64,000 nt of DNA, from contig JBFWNU010000001.1 of assembly GCA_050250895.1 (NCBI GenBank), forward strand, positions 2,852,891-2,916,890, read 5' to 3'. Numbering within the stretch: the first letter of the stretch is position 1; every line of letters begins with the position of its first letter. The DNA comes from Vulcanimicrobiota bacterium. Lineage in GTDB: Bacteria; Vulcanimicrobiota; Xenobia; Xenobiales; JADMJV01. The notes under the pieces were generated by a model, which was not told the DNA's origin, searched no databases, and worked only from the letters and a program-made list of their open reading frames with translations. Positions 28,886 to 39,686 of the stretch are shown piece by piece. A program made the translations under genes and the position numbers.

Positions 28886-31800
28886 ATGGGTCGAACCACA
28901 GCAGTGCAAGCGCCAAACTGCCCCTGTTGTCAGGGGCCGATGACGCTGCGCCAAGCGCGCAAAGGACGCGGCTACGGCGCCTATTTCTGGGGCTGCCTGC
29001 GCTTCCCCCACTGCCGCGGCACCCGCGACTACGACGAAGAGCCGCTGGAAGTCCCAGAGGCCCCACCCCCGAAGCCGAAGGCCCCCGCACCACCACCACC
29101 CGTCGATCCCATCGACATCCTGGTCGATGTCGGCATTCCTGTGGGTGCCATCATGGTCAATCCGAAAGACCCCGAAGCCGGGCCGGCACGCTTTCTGGGC
29201 TGTAACGAGAGCCAGATCGCCCGCTACCACCTCATCTGGCCCAACGAGCCCCGCCAGATGCGCCTCAAGAACAGCCCTTACCGCCGCCACGTCCTGTTCA
29301 TAGGCGCTCCCGTCGAGGTCGACCAGGAAGGCCAGGTGCTGACCGGGCGAGTGGTCGAGCGCGCCGAACACGACGAGGGCCAACTTTGGCGCTACGTCAT
29401 CGAGACCGAAGCAGGCGAACTGATTCTCGACGAGGCAAAGGTCACCCCGCAACGCGCCGAGACTCACAGCCCCATCGACCAACTCGAAGCCCTGTCCTGG
29501 CGGGGCGGTGGGCGCTTTGCCGCGCGCTGGTCGGTGCTCCAGACGCTGGCCTCGTGGTATGCCGATACCGACGGCATTCCCGCTCTGTTGGGCGGTCGCA
29601 TCCGCCCCATGGGTCACCAACTCTACGCCGCCCGAAGAATCCTCTGGGACCGGAGCCCGCGCTTCATCCTGGCCGACGAAGTGGGCCTGGGTAAGACCAT
29701 CGAGGCCGGCCTCGTGGCCCAGTCCCTGCTGGCCCAAGACCCGAGCCTGCGCGTGCTGGTGATTGCCCCGGGCTCGATGAGCCGTCAATGGTTCTGCGAG
29801 CTCTATCTTCGCTTTGGCGCCCGACCCTACGTCCATATCGATGCCGCCCGCATCCGCGAATCCTCTCACGCTGAGGTGCTCAAGCTGCTGCGCTCTGACC
29901 GTCTAGTGGTGTCGACCACGGCGTTAGAAGCCTATCCCTCGGTGCGAAAGCTTCTCGAGGCCCAAAAGTGGGGCCTGGTCATCGTCGACGAGGCCCATCA
30001 CTACGCCCCCCAGAGCGAGTTCTACCAGACCCTGCGCACCCTCTCGCAGCAGTCCTACGGGTTCCTGGCGCTCTCGGCCACCCCGTCCAAGCGTCAACTC
30101 GATAGCCTGCTGGGTTTGCTGGCGCTGGTGGCTCCCGAGGCCTACCAACCCGACCAACTCGAGGCCTTCAAAGACCGTTATGAACGCCAGGAAGAGATCT
30201 GGGACGTCTTGATGACCTCGAAGAATTACATCGAGAGCGTCATCAAGGCCGGGGCGTTCCTCGAGCAAGACGACCTCGACTTTCTCGTCGAAGAGTGGGA
30301 GGACAAGATCGAGGGTGACTACAACCTCGAGCGCTTCGTGGTGCGCATGCGCCAGGGCGAAAGCGAGGCGGCCGACCAGTTGGTCGCCTACGTTCAAGAG
30401 TTCCATCGCCTCGATCATCGACTCATCCGCACTCGCCGCTCGACCGTCGACCCCGAGCACTCCTGGTGGTCGCGGCGTGAGGTCGAAGTCGTGCGCTATC
30501 AGGCCTCGACCGACGAACTGGTGCTGGCCCGGCACTTCGACCAGATGCCGCGACCAGACGAACACGACGGGCCCGGCTACGCACTGGCTCTGACCCTGGG
30601 CCGGCTGGCCTGCACCACTCCCCAGCAACTGGCCGGGGCCCTGGGCCTTCGGGGGGCGAGCAAAGCCAATCCCGGCCGCACGCTAGAAGAGTTGGAATCT
30701 GACCCTGGCCCGGCCGATGAGGCCCATCTGCTCGCCAATATTCTCGAGAAGACACCGCCTCTGCCAGGAGAACGCCGGTGGCTTCAGGCTGCCCGCGAGC
30801 TGGCCGCCGCCTGGCTCGAGGCCGAGCCGGTTTGCGGTCGCTTTCGCGCCGCCTGCGATTGGATTCGCGACCATCTCCAGCAAGACTCCGGCCACAAGGT
30901 CCTGGTCTTCTCGCAAGAACAGTCCACCGTGGCGGCGTTTTACGAGTTGTTAGCTCAAGAACTCGGAGACAATGCGGTCGAACTCTTCCACTACCAACTG
31001 CCAGACGAACGGCTGGCCCAGGCGGCCTTGCGATTCCAGCGGCGCACTTCGTGTCGGGTGCTGGTTTCTGACGAGTTGGGCGGAGAAGGTCGCAACTTCC
31101 AGATGGCAAGCGCCGTGCTGCATCTCGACACACCCTATTCGGTCAGCCGACTCGAGCAGCGCATCGGCCGCCTCGACCGCGCCGGACGCCCCAGCCACAA
31201 ACCGGTGAAGAGCGTAGTCATGGAGGGCCCGCTGGCTCTCGAGCAAGCTCTCATTCACCTGCATCGCGAGGTGCTCGAGGTCTATACGCGCTCGGTCGGT
31301 GGTCTCGAGTTCGGCTTGCCGCGATTTCATCAGTCGATTCTTCGAGCGGCTGCGTTCGGGGCTGAAGTGTTGCAGGGTCTCGAAGAGCCCCTGCGAGAAG
31401 CCGTGCAAGAGGAGCGTCAGGTGGCCGACGACGCCTTCCGTCGTGCTCTTGACGCCACCGGGCCGCAACTTGAACGCGCCAACCAGTTGGCTTCGCTGCT
31501 CAGCGAAGAGCATCTCGACGAGAGCTACCAGAGCCTGGTGGGCTGGGCACGGCTCATGGAGATGAAAACCTCCTGCTCCGAGCCCGGGGTCTATGAATAC
31601 AGCTGGGACTGGGAGCATCTCAAACGCCCCACCAGCGCGCTTTCAGCCGATGGTCGAATTCCCAAGGCGGGCAAGCGCAGTTGCCAGGGCACCTACTCCC
31701 GCGAGACCGCTCTGGGCAACGAATCGCTGCAGTTTTTCGGGCCCGGTCATCAGCTCATCGACGCCATCCTGCACGATGTCAGGCATTGTGACGAGGGGCG

Positions 31801-32362
31801 GGCTACGGTGCTGGCTCGCAACCTTGGCCCCGACTATCAGGGTAAGATTTTGCTGGTGGTGCTAGGACGTTGCCAGGTCGAGCCGGCCGGGCTTCCTTCG
31901 GGGCTCTTGGCTCGCGCCCAGCGCCACCTCTGGCCCGAGCCCGTGGTGGAACTGTTCGTGCTCGACACCAACGAGCCGGCCGACAGTGCGCCTTTGGAGG
32001 ATGCCGCCCTGCGAGCGAAGTTGCTGAGCCCAGAGGTGTATTCGCGATTTCGCAAGATCGCGGCGGGCAAGGTGGCGAAGATGATGCCCCAGATGATCGA
32101 GGCCGTGCGGGTAGCGGTACCGAAGGCGTTGCGCGTGATGAGTACGGGCAGGTTGGCGCGACGGGCCGATGCTTGCACACGCTTGGCCGACGAGTTGCGA
32201 CAAGAGATGGAATACTATCGGTGGCTCGGCGAACACGAACCGCAGCGGGCCCCGTTCGCCCGTGGCGAACTGGCCGACCGCCAGTTGCTGCTCGAGCGAG
32301 TTCGCGACGAGCGCATCGAACTCGAGGGCCTGGCCCTCGTCATCGGGACGCAGAAAGATTGA
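28886..32362 (+). CDS. dpdE: DpdE, SNF2/RapA-like helicase with N-terminal C4 zinc ribbon
   Basis: ATG 28886 after GGGAGG; LADEVGLGKT, DEAHH, SATP, EGRNFQ, EQRIGRLDR; first gene of the E-F-G-H-I run. Confidence 0.85.
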   Translation: MGRTTAVQAPNCPCCQGPMTLRQARKGRGYGAYFWGCLRFPHCRGTRDYDEEPLEVPEAPPPKPKAPAPPPPVDPIDILVDVGIPVGAIMVNPKDPEAGPARFLGCNESQIARYHLIWPNEPRQMRLKNSPYRRHVLFIGAPVEVDQEGQVLTGRVVERAEHDEGQLWRYVIETEAGELILDEAKVTPQRAETHSPIDQLEALSWRGGGRFAARWSVLQTLASWYADTDGIPALLGGRIRPMGHQLYAARRILWDRSPRFILADEVGLGKTIEAGLVAQSLLAQDPSLRVLVIAPGSMSRQWFCELYLRFGARPYVHIDAARIRESSHAEVLKLLRSDRLVVSTTALEAYPSVRKLLEAQKWGLVIVDEAHHYAPQSEFYQTLRTLSQQSYGFLALSATPSKRQLDSLLGLLALVAPEAYQPDQLEAFKDRYERQEEIWDVLMTSKNYIESVIKAGAFLEQDDLDFLVEEWEDKIEGDYNLERFVVRMRQGESEAADQLVAYVQEFHRLDHRLIRTRRSTVDPEHSWWSRREVEVVRYQASTDELVLARHFDQMPRPDEHDGPGYALALTLGRLACTTPQQLAGALGLRGASKANPGRTLEELESDPGPADEAHLLANILEKTPPLPGERRWLQAARELAAAWLEAEPVCGRFRAACDWIRDHLQQDSGHKVLVFSQEQSTVAAFYELLAQELGDNAVELFHYQLPDERLAQAALRFQRRTSCRVLVSDELGGEGRNFQMASAVLHLDTPYSVSRLEQRIGRLDRAGRPSHKPVKSVVMEGPLALEQALIHLHREVLEVYTRSVGGLEFGLPRFHQSILRAAAFGAEVLQGLEEPLREAVQEERQVADDAFRRALDATGPQLERANQLASLLSEEHLDESYQSLVGWARLMEMKTSCSEPGVYEYSWDWEHLKRPTSALSADGRIPKAGKRSCQGTYSRETALGNESLQFFGPGHQLIDAILHDVRHCDEGRATVLARNLGPDYQGKILLVVLGRCQVEPAGLPSGLLARAQRHLWPEPVVELFVLDTNEPADSAPLEDAALRAKLLSPEVYSRFRKIAAGKVAKMMPQMIEAVRVAVPKALRVMSTGRLARRADACTRLADELRQEMEYYRWLGEHEPQRAPFARGELADRQLLLERVRDERIELEGLALVIGTQKD

Positions 32363-34854
32363 AGACACTCCTGCAAGAGGCCAAGTGCCTGACCGAAGCC
32401 CTCGAGGCTGCCGAAGCGCTGGGAGCGCTCGACTGGCAGGGTCAGTCGGTGATGGCCTGCCTCCAGTGCTTTCTTCGGGCCACGGCACCCTCAGACCGGG
32501 GGGCATTGCTGCGTGAATTGGTGCGACTTTGCGAAGGGATCGTGTCGCTGCCCTTCCGACCCGAGATCGAGAGCCTGGGGGCCGACATCCTCGCTCGCTA
32601 CGGCTTGCGCTCGAACCTGCGCGACGAGCGCATCTATTTGAGTCTGGCTCCCGGCCGACCGGGCGTCGAGAGTGATTTTCTGAAGAGAGTGGCCTGGGCG
32701 TGCCAACTCGACCGACTCACGCGTCGGCCCTATCCTCCCACCCTGGCCGACGGTTCGCTGCGGCGCTTGATGGGCCGGGACGGCTATCGCACTCCCACCC
32801 AGAAGGCGGCCGCCCGCGCCGCCATGATGATGCCGGGCGACGGCAGTCTGCTGGTGACGATGCCGACGGGTGCCGGCAAGAGCCTCATCTTCCATCTGGC
32901 CACTCTTTGGTGGATCGAGGGCACCGCTCCCGGTCGGGCTTGCTCGGTCGTGGTCGTGCCGACCGTTTCACTGGCCCTGGACCACGAGCGCACCGCCCGT
33001 GCCATTCCCGGCCTCGAAGGCAGTCGCGCCCTGCGAAGCGATCTCGCTCCCAGCCTCTATCAGGAGACACTCGAAGCCTTTCGTCGCGGCGAGGTGCCGA
33101 TTCTGTTCGTCTCGCCCGAGGCCGCCATGGGCCGGGCCCGAGACGCCCTGCTCGAAGCGGCCACATCGCTGGCCGAGAAGACCGAGCGGCTACAGGCGCG
33201 TTTGATGGGCTTCTTTGTCGATGAGGTCCACATCGTCGAGTCCTGGGGGCGCTCATTCCGCCCCGACTTCCAGCGCCTGCCCGCCCTGGCCGCCGAATTG
33301 CGCGAGCGCAACAGCAGCCTGCGCACCATCCTGCTCTCGGCCACCGTCAGCGATTCGGCCCTCGAGTTGTTGAAGGCCAGCTACGGCACCGACCAGTTCC
33401 TCTCGCTCTCGGCCGGCGTGGCCCGCTATGAGTTCGACTGGATGGTTAATCGCTGCCCCAACCGCGAGGAGCGTCACCAGCAGGCCTTGCAGGCCCTCGA
33501 CCTGTTGCCCCGGCCCTGCATCGTCTACACCACCACCCGCGACGACGCTGAGCACCTCTACCGCGACCTCGGTCAACGGGGCTACCAGCGGCTTCGCATG
33601 TTCACGGGGGACACCTCGGGCCTCGAGCGCCAGGACATCATTCAAGAGTGGGCCACCGATCAGGTCGATCTGGTGGTGGCCACCTCGGCCTTCGGTATGG
33701 GTATCAACAAGTCCAACGTGCGGGCCGTGCTGCACGCCTGTTTGCCCGAGAATGCCTCGCGTTACTACCAGGAGGTAGGGCGAGGTGGGCGCGATGGCCA
33801 TCAGTGTCTGGCCCTCTGTTTGTGGTGTCCTGAAGACCTTCGCACCGCCCGCGGGTTGTCGACTAGCGAGTGGCTGACGCCCGAGATGGCCGCCACGCGC
33901 TGGCAGGCCCTGCTCGACGACGCTCGGGGCAACGGCGGCTTGCGCTCCAACAAAGGCTCCCACGAGGTCACGGTGCGCCTCGACGCTGCTCACCAGGCTC
34001 TCGGTTCGAAGACCGGCGGACGCAACCGTGACTGGAATCGCCGACTCTTGAACTTGCTCCAGCGCGGCCGAGCTATCGAGTTGCTCACCGATGGCCAGGC
34101 TGACCACGACAGCCCGGTGTGGAGGTTTCGGGTGCTCAAGCCCGAGATCTTCGGCTCTGGGCCCGAGGCCCTGGCTAGCCTGAACGCCCTGCGCGATGCC
34201 GAGCAACACGAAGTCAACCGCCAGTTGCAGGTCCTTCAGGCGCTGGTCGAGCACCCCGAAAGTCAGTGCCTGTTGGCCGGCCTCTTCGAGTTCGTCGAGG
34301 CTGGCCAGCCGATGCCCCAGTATTGCGGCCACTGTGCCTGGTGCCATGCCCAGGGCATCACTCCCCCCGAGAAGCTGCATTTCGGCGGCCTGGATGAGGT
34401 CTGGCCGCTGCGCCCCCCGCGGCGTGAGGTCTTCCCCAGCGGCGTCAGCGCGCTCCAACACGGCGGCGACCTGATGGCCCTCATCCCGCGCTTGCAGCGG
34501 GCCGGCCTGCAACAGTTTCTCGTGCCCGATGGCGAAGGCGAGCAGGCCCTGCGAGTGGTGGGCGAACAGCCGGGCCTGGGACTGGTCCTCGAGTTCTCGA
34601 TGGTCTTGCGTCAGGACTGGGCGCCCGCCGAAATGCCCACCGCGGTCTTCTTCACCGACGAGCGACCCCAGAACGACTCGATGATGAGTTGGGTTCGCAA
34701 GCGGTCTAAGCGCCATCCCAACCACGTCTGGCTGCTGGTGGCTCCCCCGAACATCGGCTTCGAGGAGCGGGGCCTCAACGTGCTGGCCAGCCAGGCACCC
34801 TACGACGAAGCCCAACTAGAAGCCCTCATCAGAAAGGAACCCGTCACTCCGTGA
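32359..34854 (+). CDS. dpdF: DpdF, RecQ-like helicase
   Basis: TTG start overlapping the dpdE stop; MPTGAGKS, DEVH, SFRPDFQ, SAT, ATSAFGMGINK, QEVGRGGRDG. Confidence 0.87.
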   Translation: MKTLLQEAKCLTEALEAAEALGALDWQGQSVMACLQCFLRATAPSDRGALLRELVRLCEGIVSLPFRPEIESLGADILARYGLRSNLRDERIYLSLAPGRPGVESDFLKRVAWACQLDRLTRRPYPPTLADGSLRRLMGRDGYRTPTQKAAARAAMMMPGDGSLLVTMPTGAGKSLIFHLATLWWIEGTAPGRACSVVVVPTVSLALDHERTARAIPGLEGSRALRSDLAPSLYQETLEAFRRGEVPILFVSPEAAMGRARDALLEAATSLAEKTERLQARLMGFFVDEVHIVESWGRSFRPDFQRLPALAAELRERNSSLRTILLSATVSDSALELLKASYGTDQFLSLSAGVARYEFDWMVNRCPNREERHQQALQALDLLPRPCIVYTTTRDDAEHLYRDLGQRGYQRLRMFTGDTSGLERQDIIQEWATDQVDLVVATSAFGMGINKSNVRAVLHACLPENASRYYQEVGRGGRDGHQCLALCLWCPEDLRTARGLSTSEWLTPEMAATRWQALLDDARGNGGLRSNKGSHEVTVRLDAAHQALGSKTGGRNRDWNRRLLNLLQRGRAIELLTDGQADHDSPVWRFRVLKPEIFGSGPEALASLNALRDAEQHEVNRQLQVLQALVEHPESQCLLAGLFEFVEAGQPMPQYCGHCAWCHAQGITPPEKLHFGGLDEVWPLRPPRREVFPSGVSALQHGGDLMALIPRLQRAGLQQFLVPDGEGEQALRVVGEQPGLGLVLEFSMVLRQDWAPAEMPTAVFFTDERPQNDSMMSWVRKRSKRHPNHVWLLVAPPNIGFEERGLNVLASQAPYDEAQLEALIRKEPVTP

Positions 34855-35741
34855 GCGTTCTCAGTAGCACCCGAGGAGACCCAGAACTCCTCTACGCCGT
34901 CTTGCGCCTGCTCCAGGCGCGGGGCGAACCGCTGGCCACCACCGAGTTGCGCGACTGGCTGCAACCCGGCCTGGAGAGATACCCCGGTAGTCTGCTAGGA
35001 GACACCCTGGGGGTGGCCCGCAGCCTGGGTCTGGTGCAGTCGGTCGGCAAGAGCGTCGAGCTCACCTCAGAAGAGCCCCTTGACGCCATCGTGCAACTCG
35101 CCGATCGCGTCCACCTCAGACTTTGCACCTGTACCGCCGACGACCCGGACCTGGTGCTCTATCAGACTTTTGCCTGGTTCGTGGTGCAGTGCGAAAAGAA
35201 TGGCCAGACCACCCAGTGGATCGAGGGCTATTCGCGGCGTTCGGACCTGGCCGATGAGATCGACCAGGCCCTGCGCACCCTGCGACCCGACCAGGATGCC
35301 CGGGTGTTCAACGACTCGAAATATGCAAGTTGGAGCAACTGGCTGCACTTCACCGGCCTCGCCTGCGACCTGGGCAAGAGTTTTGGATTCTATCCGTTCG
35401 TCTACGAGCGGCTCAAACGGGAACTAGCCCGAGTGTCACACGACCTCGGTTTGAGAAAACAACTCGACCTGGAGATCGTGCTCCAGGAGGTGGCTCGCGC
35501 GATGCCTTATCTCGACGGCGGCAGAATTTTCGCAGACCTCTCGTCGGCGCTGAGGTGGCAGCAGCCACCTCGCAAGCTGACCCTGGTGCTTAGCACCGCC
35601 TTGCGCGAACTGCACGACCTCGAAGAGATCGAACTAGTCTCGAAGGGCGACATGGCCGACGCCTTCGCCCTGGCCGAAGACCGCTACTCGCGGGTCGGCT
35701 TCGCCCGCTGGATTGTTTTGAAGGAAGGTCTGTTTTCGTGA
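34851..35741 (+). CDS. dpdG: DpdG
   Basis: Size and position between dpdF and dpdH; FNDSK...W, PYLDGG, LSTALRELH motifs. Confidence 0.78.
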   Translation: MSVLSSTRGDPELLYAVLRLLQARGEPLATTELRDWLQPGLERYPGSLLGDTLGVARSLGLVQSVGKSVELTSEEPLDAIVQLADRVHLRLCTCTADDPDLVLYQTFAWFVVQCEKNGQTTQWIEGYSRRSDLADEIDQALRTLRPDQDARVFNDSKYASWSNWLHFTGLACDLGKSFGFYPFVYERLKRELARVSHDLGLRKQLDLEIVLQEVARAMPYLDGGRIFADLSSALRWQQPPRKLTLVLSTALRELHDLEEIELVSKGDMADAFALAEDRYSRVGFARWIVLKEGLFS

Positions 35742-38700
35742 GCTTCGAGGGATTTGTTTGTTGGAAAGAGAGCGATGCCCGGGCCATCCTGGCCACCGAG
35801 GCTCTGGAAGGCAGTGAGGCCGCCTTCTTAGCCACCCATCTGCCCATCTCCGACTTCGAGGTGCAGGGCGTTCACGGGGCCGACATTCAGGAGGCCACCG
35901 AACAGGCTCTGCTCGACGTTCTCTCCACTCCCGAACGGCGCCACGCTTTTTGCGTGGTGGAGGGTGAGCCCGGTTCGGGGAAGTCGCATCTCATTCGCTG
36001 GCTTGGCGTCCGGTGGCCGCGAGGCGACGATCTCGTCCTGCTCATTCAGCGCGCCGATGGCAGCCTTGAGGGCACTCTCGAGCAACTGACCCGCAAGGTG
36101 CCCGAGCGTTACGCGCATCTCTTCGCGGGTCTCGGCAGTCGTCAAGAGGCCTCGTTGCGGGGACGGGCTCGCCTCTTCCTTTCGACTCTGGCCCGAACCC
36201 TCGAGGAGGATTACTTCGAAGAAGACGTTCCCCATGCCGAATGGTGTGCCAACTTTCAACTCTCTGACCTCTTCGACAACCCGGCCGTGCGCGACAATTG
36301 GCGAACCCCTGGCCGAATTCTCGACATCTATTCTGGTCGGACCAACTCAGAATTGGGCTTCTTTACCCTGAAGGATATCGCTGAACTGGCCGACCTCGAA
36401 AGCCGGATCCAGAACGAGAAGCCACCGCCAAAGGCTTTTCGCTTCATCCGCACGCTGGCAAAAGAGGGGCGGGAGCTGCGCAACTTTCTGGAGGCCGACT
36501 ATACCGAGTCGGAGATCAAAGCGGCCGCCGGCGACAAGCTCGTCAACACCTTCACCCTGGTCGACGCGCTGAACGTGCGTCTCAACCATGCCATTCAGAA
36601 CCTTATCGGCATCAGCTCGCACGGGCTGCGCGAACTCTTTCTGCGCTTGCGCCGCGAACTCAAGAAAGACAACCGTCGGCTGGTGCTGCTGCTGGAGGAC
36701 ATCACCAACTTTCAGGGCATCGACCAGCAGTTGATCGACGCCCTGGTCACCCAGAGCACCACCCGCACCGAAGACGACCTCTGCGACCTGGTCTCGGCGG
36801 TGGGCATTACGCCTGCCTACTTCGAGCGCTACCTCAGCACCATGGGCAACTACATCGAGCGCATTACCTATCACGTTCGCCTCGGGCGCGAGCAAGAGGG
36901 CAGTCACATGCAAGACGTGGCCAGCCTGCGCAACCCGGAAGCCCAGGTTCAATTTGCCGCCAACTACCTTCGAGCCACCCGGGCCGGGTTAGAACGCCTG
37001 GAACAGTGGGCCGGCAGCCAGGACCAGTCAGTTCCCAATGTCTGCTTGTCCTGTCAGCACCGGTCGGTGTGCCATGGTGCCTTCGGAGCCGCCGACGGAG
37101 TCGGTCTCTACCCCTTTACGGCCGGGGCCATCACGGGCATGTTCCATCGACTGGTCGACCCTCACGCGGCCACCCAGACCACACATCAGACTCCGCGCGG
37201 TATGCTCCAGGGAGTCTTGACCCCGACGCTGATGCACCCGCACGTCATCGAAGAGCAAGAATTTCCCTCACCCCACGCCGATGTGCCCTGGATCCCCGAG
37301 GAGCGACGGAGGTTGCGGGGCGACCACAAGCAGTTTCTGGCCGTCCAGGTGCAAGACCTCGACACGCGCCAACGCCTCGAGCGCCTCATCGAACTGTGGG
37401 GCACCCGCGACCACGTCGAGACCACCAAAGACGAAGCGGGTGAATTGCTTTTTGCCGGGCTCTCACGGGGGGTCTACGAAGCCTTTTCATTGCCGTGGTT
37501 GGGCGATGCCCAGCGGGCGCTCGAGACCCCCGCGCCGCCGCCCCCGCCTGTGGCGGTGGAACAGCCGAGAGTGCACCGAGTCCAGCCATCGGCGCCCTCG
37601 CCCAAGAAGAGTCGGACCGAGGTCATCCCGTCCGAGAAGCGCGCCACACCGAAGAAGGTGCGAGTCGACCTCGACATACGACGCGACCAGCTAGCGAATT
37701 GGCTAAAAGACGGGGGTCGTCTTGAAGATGCGGAGTTCTGGGCAGCGCAGGTTCAGAAGCTCCTGGACCTTTTGCCCTGGGCCCATTTGGACGTATCCCC
37801 GGCAATTCGAAGAGGCTTCTTCACGTCGAACCTCATCCACATCGAACGAAGTGGCACCGCACGCCGCGCCTACCACTTCGTCATTCCGGCCGAGAAGTGG
37901 TTGGCTGACGGACTCGAGGTCTTCATTGCTATCGAGGCGGGCACCGCAGAGGTCAGCGAGTTCCAGCGGCGCTGTCTGGCTCGGGCTCTGTCTCAACTGA
38001 AGAGGCTCGTCCTGCGACGTGTGGCCGAGGTGATTCCCTCGGTCGAGGGTCGACCCTGGTCGGTTGCCGGGTCAGCAACCCAGCTGCTGGTGGCGATGGA
38101 GTGGTTGGGCAAAGGAGCTTCGCCCGAGCAACCGCTGGTGGAGCAGTGGATACGGGTGCGCGACGACCAGGCACCCGGGGCGCCATCGAAGGAGAGAACA
38201 CAAAGGTGGCGGCGCGTGGCCGAGTTGAGCAGGCACCGGAGCGTGCTTCGTAACCTGCTGGCGAGTTTCATCACCTTACGAGACGGCACAGTCTTCTTGG
38301 ACGCAGCCGATGCGTGCACCGCGCTCGAGCGCCTGCGCCGAACGTTTTCGTTCGACGCAACCCCCGATCTGCCCGACCTTCAGCATTGGGCGGACATGAA
38401 GAAACTTGGGCAGCGGGCGCAAGACTCGCGCGCAGATTTTCAGTTGGCGGCAAGAGACGAGATTCGTCGTTTGCGAGACGGCTGCCAGGAGTTGGACGAG
38501 TACTTGCGCCAGAACTCGCTTTCGGAGCACGTGAAACGCATAGACTCGGTTCTCGAGGGAGTGCAGCGAGTGGATGTTCTTACCACCAATCGGCCCCGCG
38601 AATGGCATGACCAGCGAGGGGCGCTCGAGGACGCGGGGCTGATTGGGCCTTCGCCGGCTCTCGACATCTGCGGCTTCTTGGACGAGACACTTGAGCGCGA

Positions 38701-38950
38701 CGGCGAGTTCTCATCGCCTCTCGATGCTTTCCTCTGGTGTAGGGGGGCGCCGGCTGAAGCTCTGCAGCTGGTCCTTTCGGCCTGTCGCTCGGGAGAAGCC
38801 CTGGTGGCCGACCTCTTCACCCACGTACAGACCTATGGAGATGTGCGTGGCGGGGAAGCGAGTCTATCGAAGGTTCACGAGCGGGGCGAGTGGTTGAAAT
38901 CGGTGGGCGACGCCCTTCGGGCGCAGTTGGAGGTGAAGAGTGAAGTCTAA
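35738..38950 (+). CDS. dpdH: DpdH, P-loop ATPase
   Basis: GEPGSGKSHLIRW, LVLLLED, CxxC...CHGAFG...GLYPF. Confidence 0.85.
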   Translation: MSFEGFVCWKESDARAILATEALEGSEAAFLATHLPISDFEVQGVHGADIQEATEQALLDVLSTPERRHAFCVVEGEPGSGKSHLIRWLGVRWPRGDDLVLLIQRADGSLEGTLEQLTRKVPERYAHLFAGLGSRQEASLRGRARLFLSTLARTLEEDYFEEDVPHAEWCANFQLSDLFDNPAVRDNWRTPGRILDIYSGRTNSELGFFTLKDIAELADLESRIQNEKPPPKAFRFIRTLAKEGRELRNFLEADYTESEIKAAAGDKLVNTFTLVDALNVRLNHAIQNLIGISSHGLRELFLRLRRELKKDNRRLVLLLEDITNFQGIDQQLIDALVTQSTTRTEDDLCDLVSAVGITPAYFERYLSTMGNYIERITYHVRLGREQEGSHMQDVASLRNPEAQVQFAANYLRATRAGLERLEQWAGSQDQSVPNVCLSCQHRSVCHGAFGAADGVGLYPFTAGAITGMFHRLVDPHAATQTTHQTPRGMLQGVLTPTLMHPHVIEEQEFPSPHADVPWIPEERRRLRGDHKQFLAVQVQDLDTRQRLERLIELWGTRDHVETTKDEAGELLFAGLSRGVYEAFSLPWLGDAQRALETPAPPPPPVAVEQPRVHRVQPSAPSPKKSRTEVIPSEKRATPKKVRVDLDIRRDQLANWLKDGGRLEDAEFWAAQVQKLLDLLPWAHLDVSPAIRRGFFTSNLIHIERSGTARRAYHFVIPAEKWLADGLEVFIAIEAGTAEVSEFQRRCLARALSQLKRLVLRRVAEVIPSVEGRPWSVAGSATQLLVAMEWLGKGASPEQPLVEQWIRVRDDQAPGAPSKERTQRWRRVAELSRHRSVLRNLLASFITLRDGTVFLDAADACTALERLRRTFSFDATPDLPDLQHWADMKKLGQRAQDSRADFQLAARDEIRRLRDGCQELDEYLRQNSLSEHVKRIDSVLEGVQRVDVLTTNRPREWHDQRGALEDAGLIGPSPALDICGFLDETLERDGEFSSPLDAFLWCRGAPAEALQLVLSACRSGEALVADLFTHVQTYGDVRGGEASLSKVHERGEWLKSVGDALRAQLEVKSEV

Positions 38951-39653
38951 GTTGGCGCCACTGGAGGAACTCGAAGCTGCTTTACCCGGCCTGGGCGGGG
39001 CCGTTCAACGACACCACCTGGGCCAGAAGCTGGACTTTGCCTGTTCTCGCCTCGATAAGATCGCCGGAAGAGCGCAGGAGTTGGCGACCTATCCCGAGGT
39101 TCTGCCCCTGGTAATTGAGCAGCTCGAGGCCGTTGTTCGAGAGAATCTAGCTGGCAAGGCGCGAGGAGTTTGGGCCATCGGGGACAGGGCGTGCAAAGCG
39201 GACACCGCCGACGCTCTCGACGAGTTGGCTCGGGAGTTGAGCAAGATTGGCGAGTGGGCTAAGGAGATGCAGAGCTATCTCTTGGCGGCCTGGCAGCGAC
39301 GGGTCAAGACGGAGTTCGGCCCGGCCGGCCACTTGGGCCGGGTCCTCCAAGAACTCGCCGATGCGCCAGACCTGCGCGAAGTCGCCGAAATGATGACTGA
39401 GGTCGGTGCCGAGGGGGCGAAGTGCGGTGCCCGCTTGCCAGTGAACGAGGAACAGCGGAGGAGGTTCGCCCGCTTACGGGCTGAGCGCGACGAGGCCTAT
39501 GCGCTGTTGGCTGCTTCAGGGGCAGCGGATGATGTGGTGGAGTTTCTCCAGGCTGTGGCCGAGGATAGAGCGACGCTGGAGCAGGTCACTCCGGGAGTTT
39601 TTGGTTGGTTGCGGGAGAAGGGCGCTGGGGGAAGGTTTAGGGTGGGGTTATGA
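38940..39653 (+). CDS. dpdI: DpdI-like helical protein
   Basis: 237 aa coiled-coil-like ORF overlapping the dpdH end; call rests mainly on position and size. Confidence 0.6.
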   Translation: MKSKLAPLEELEAALPGLGGAVQRHHLGQKLDFACSRLDKIAGRAQELATYPEVLPLVIEQLEAVVRENLAGKARGVWAIGDRACKADTADALDELARELSKIGEWAKEMQSYLLAAWQRRVKTEFGPAGHLGRVLQELADAPDLREVAEMMTEVGAEGAKCGARLPVNEEQRRRFARLRAERDEAYALLAASGAADDVVEFLQAVAEDRATLEQVTPGVFGWLREKGAGGRFRVGL

Positions 39654-39686
39654 AGCACTCCGTGATAAGGGGTGTTTTCGGCTGCT

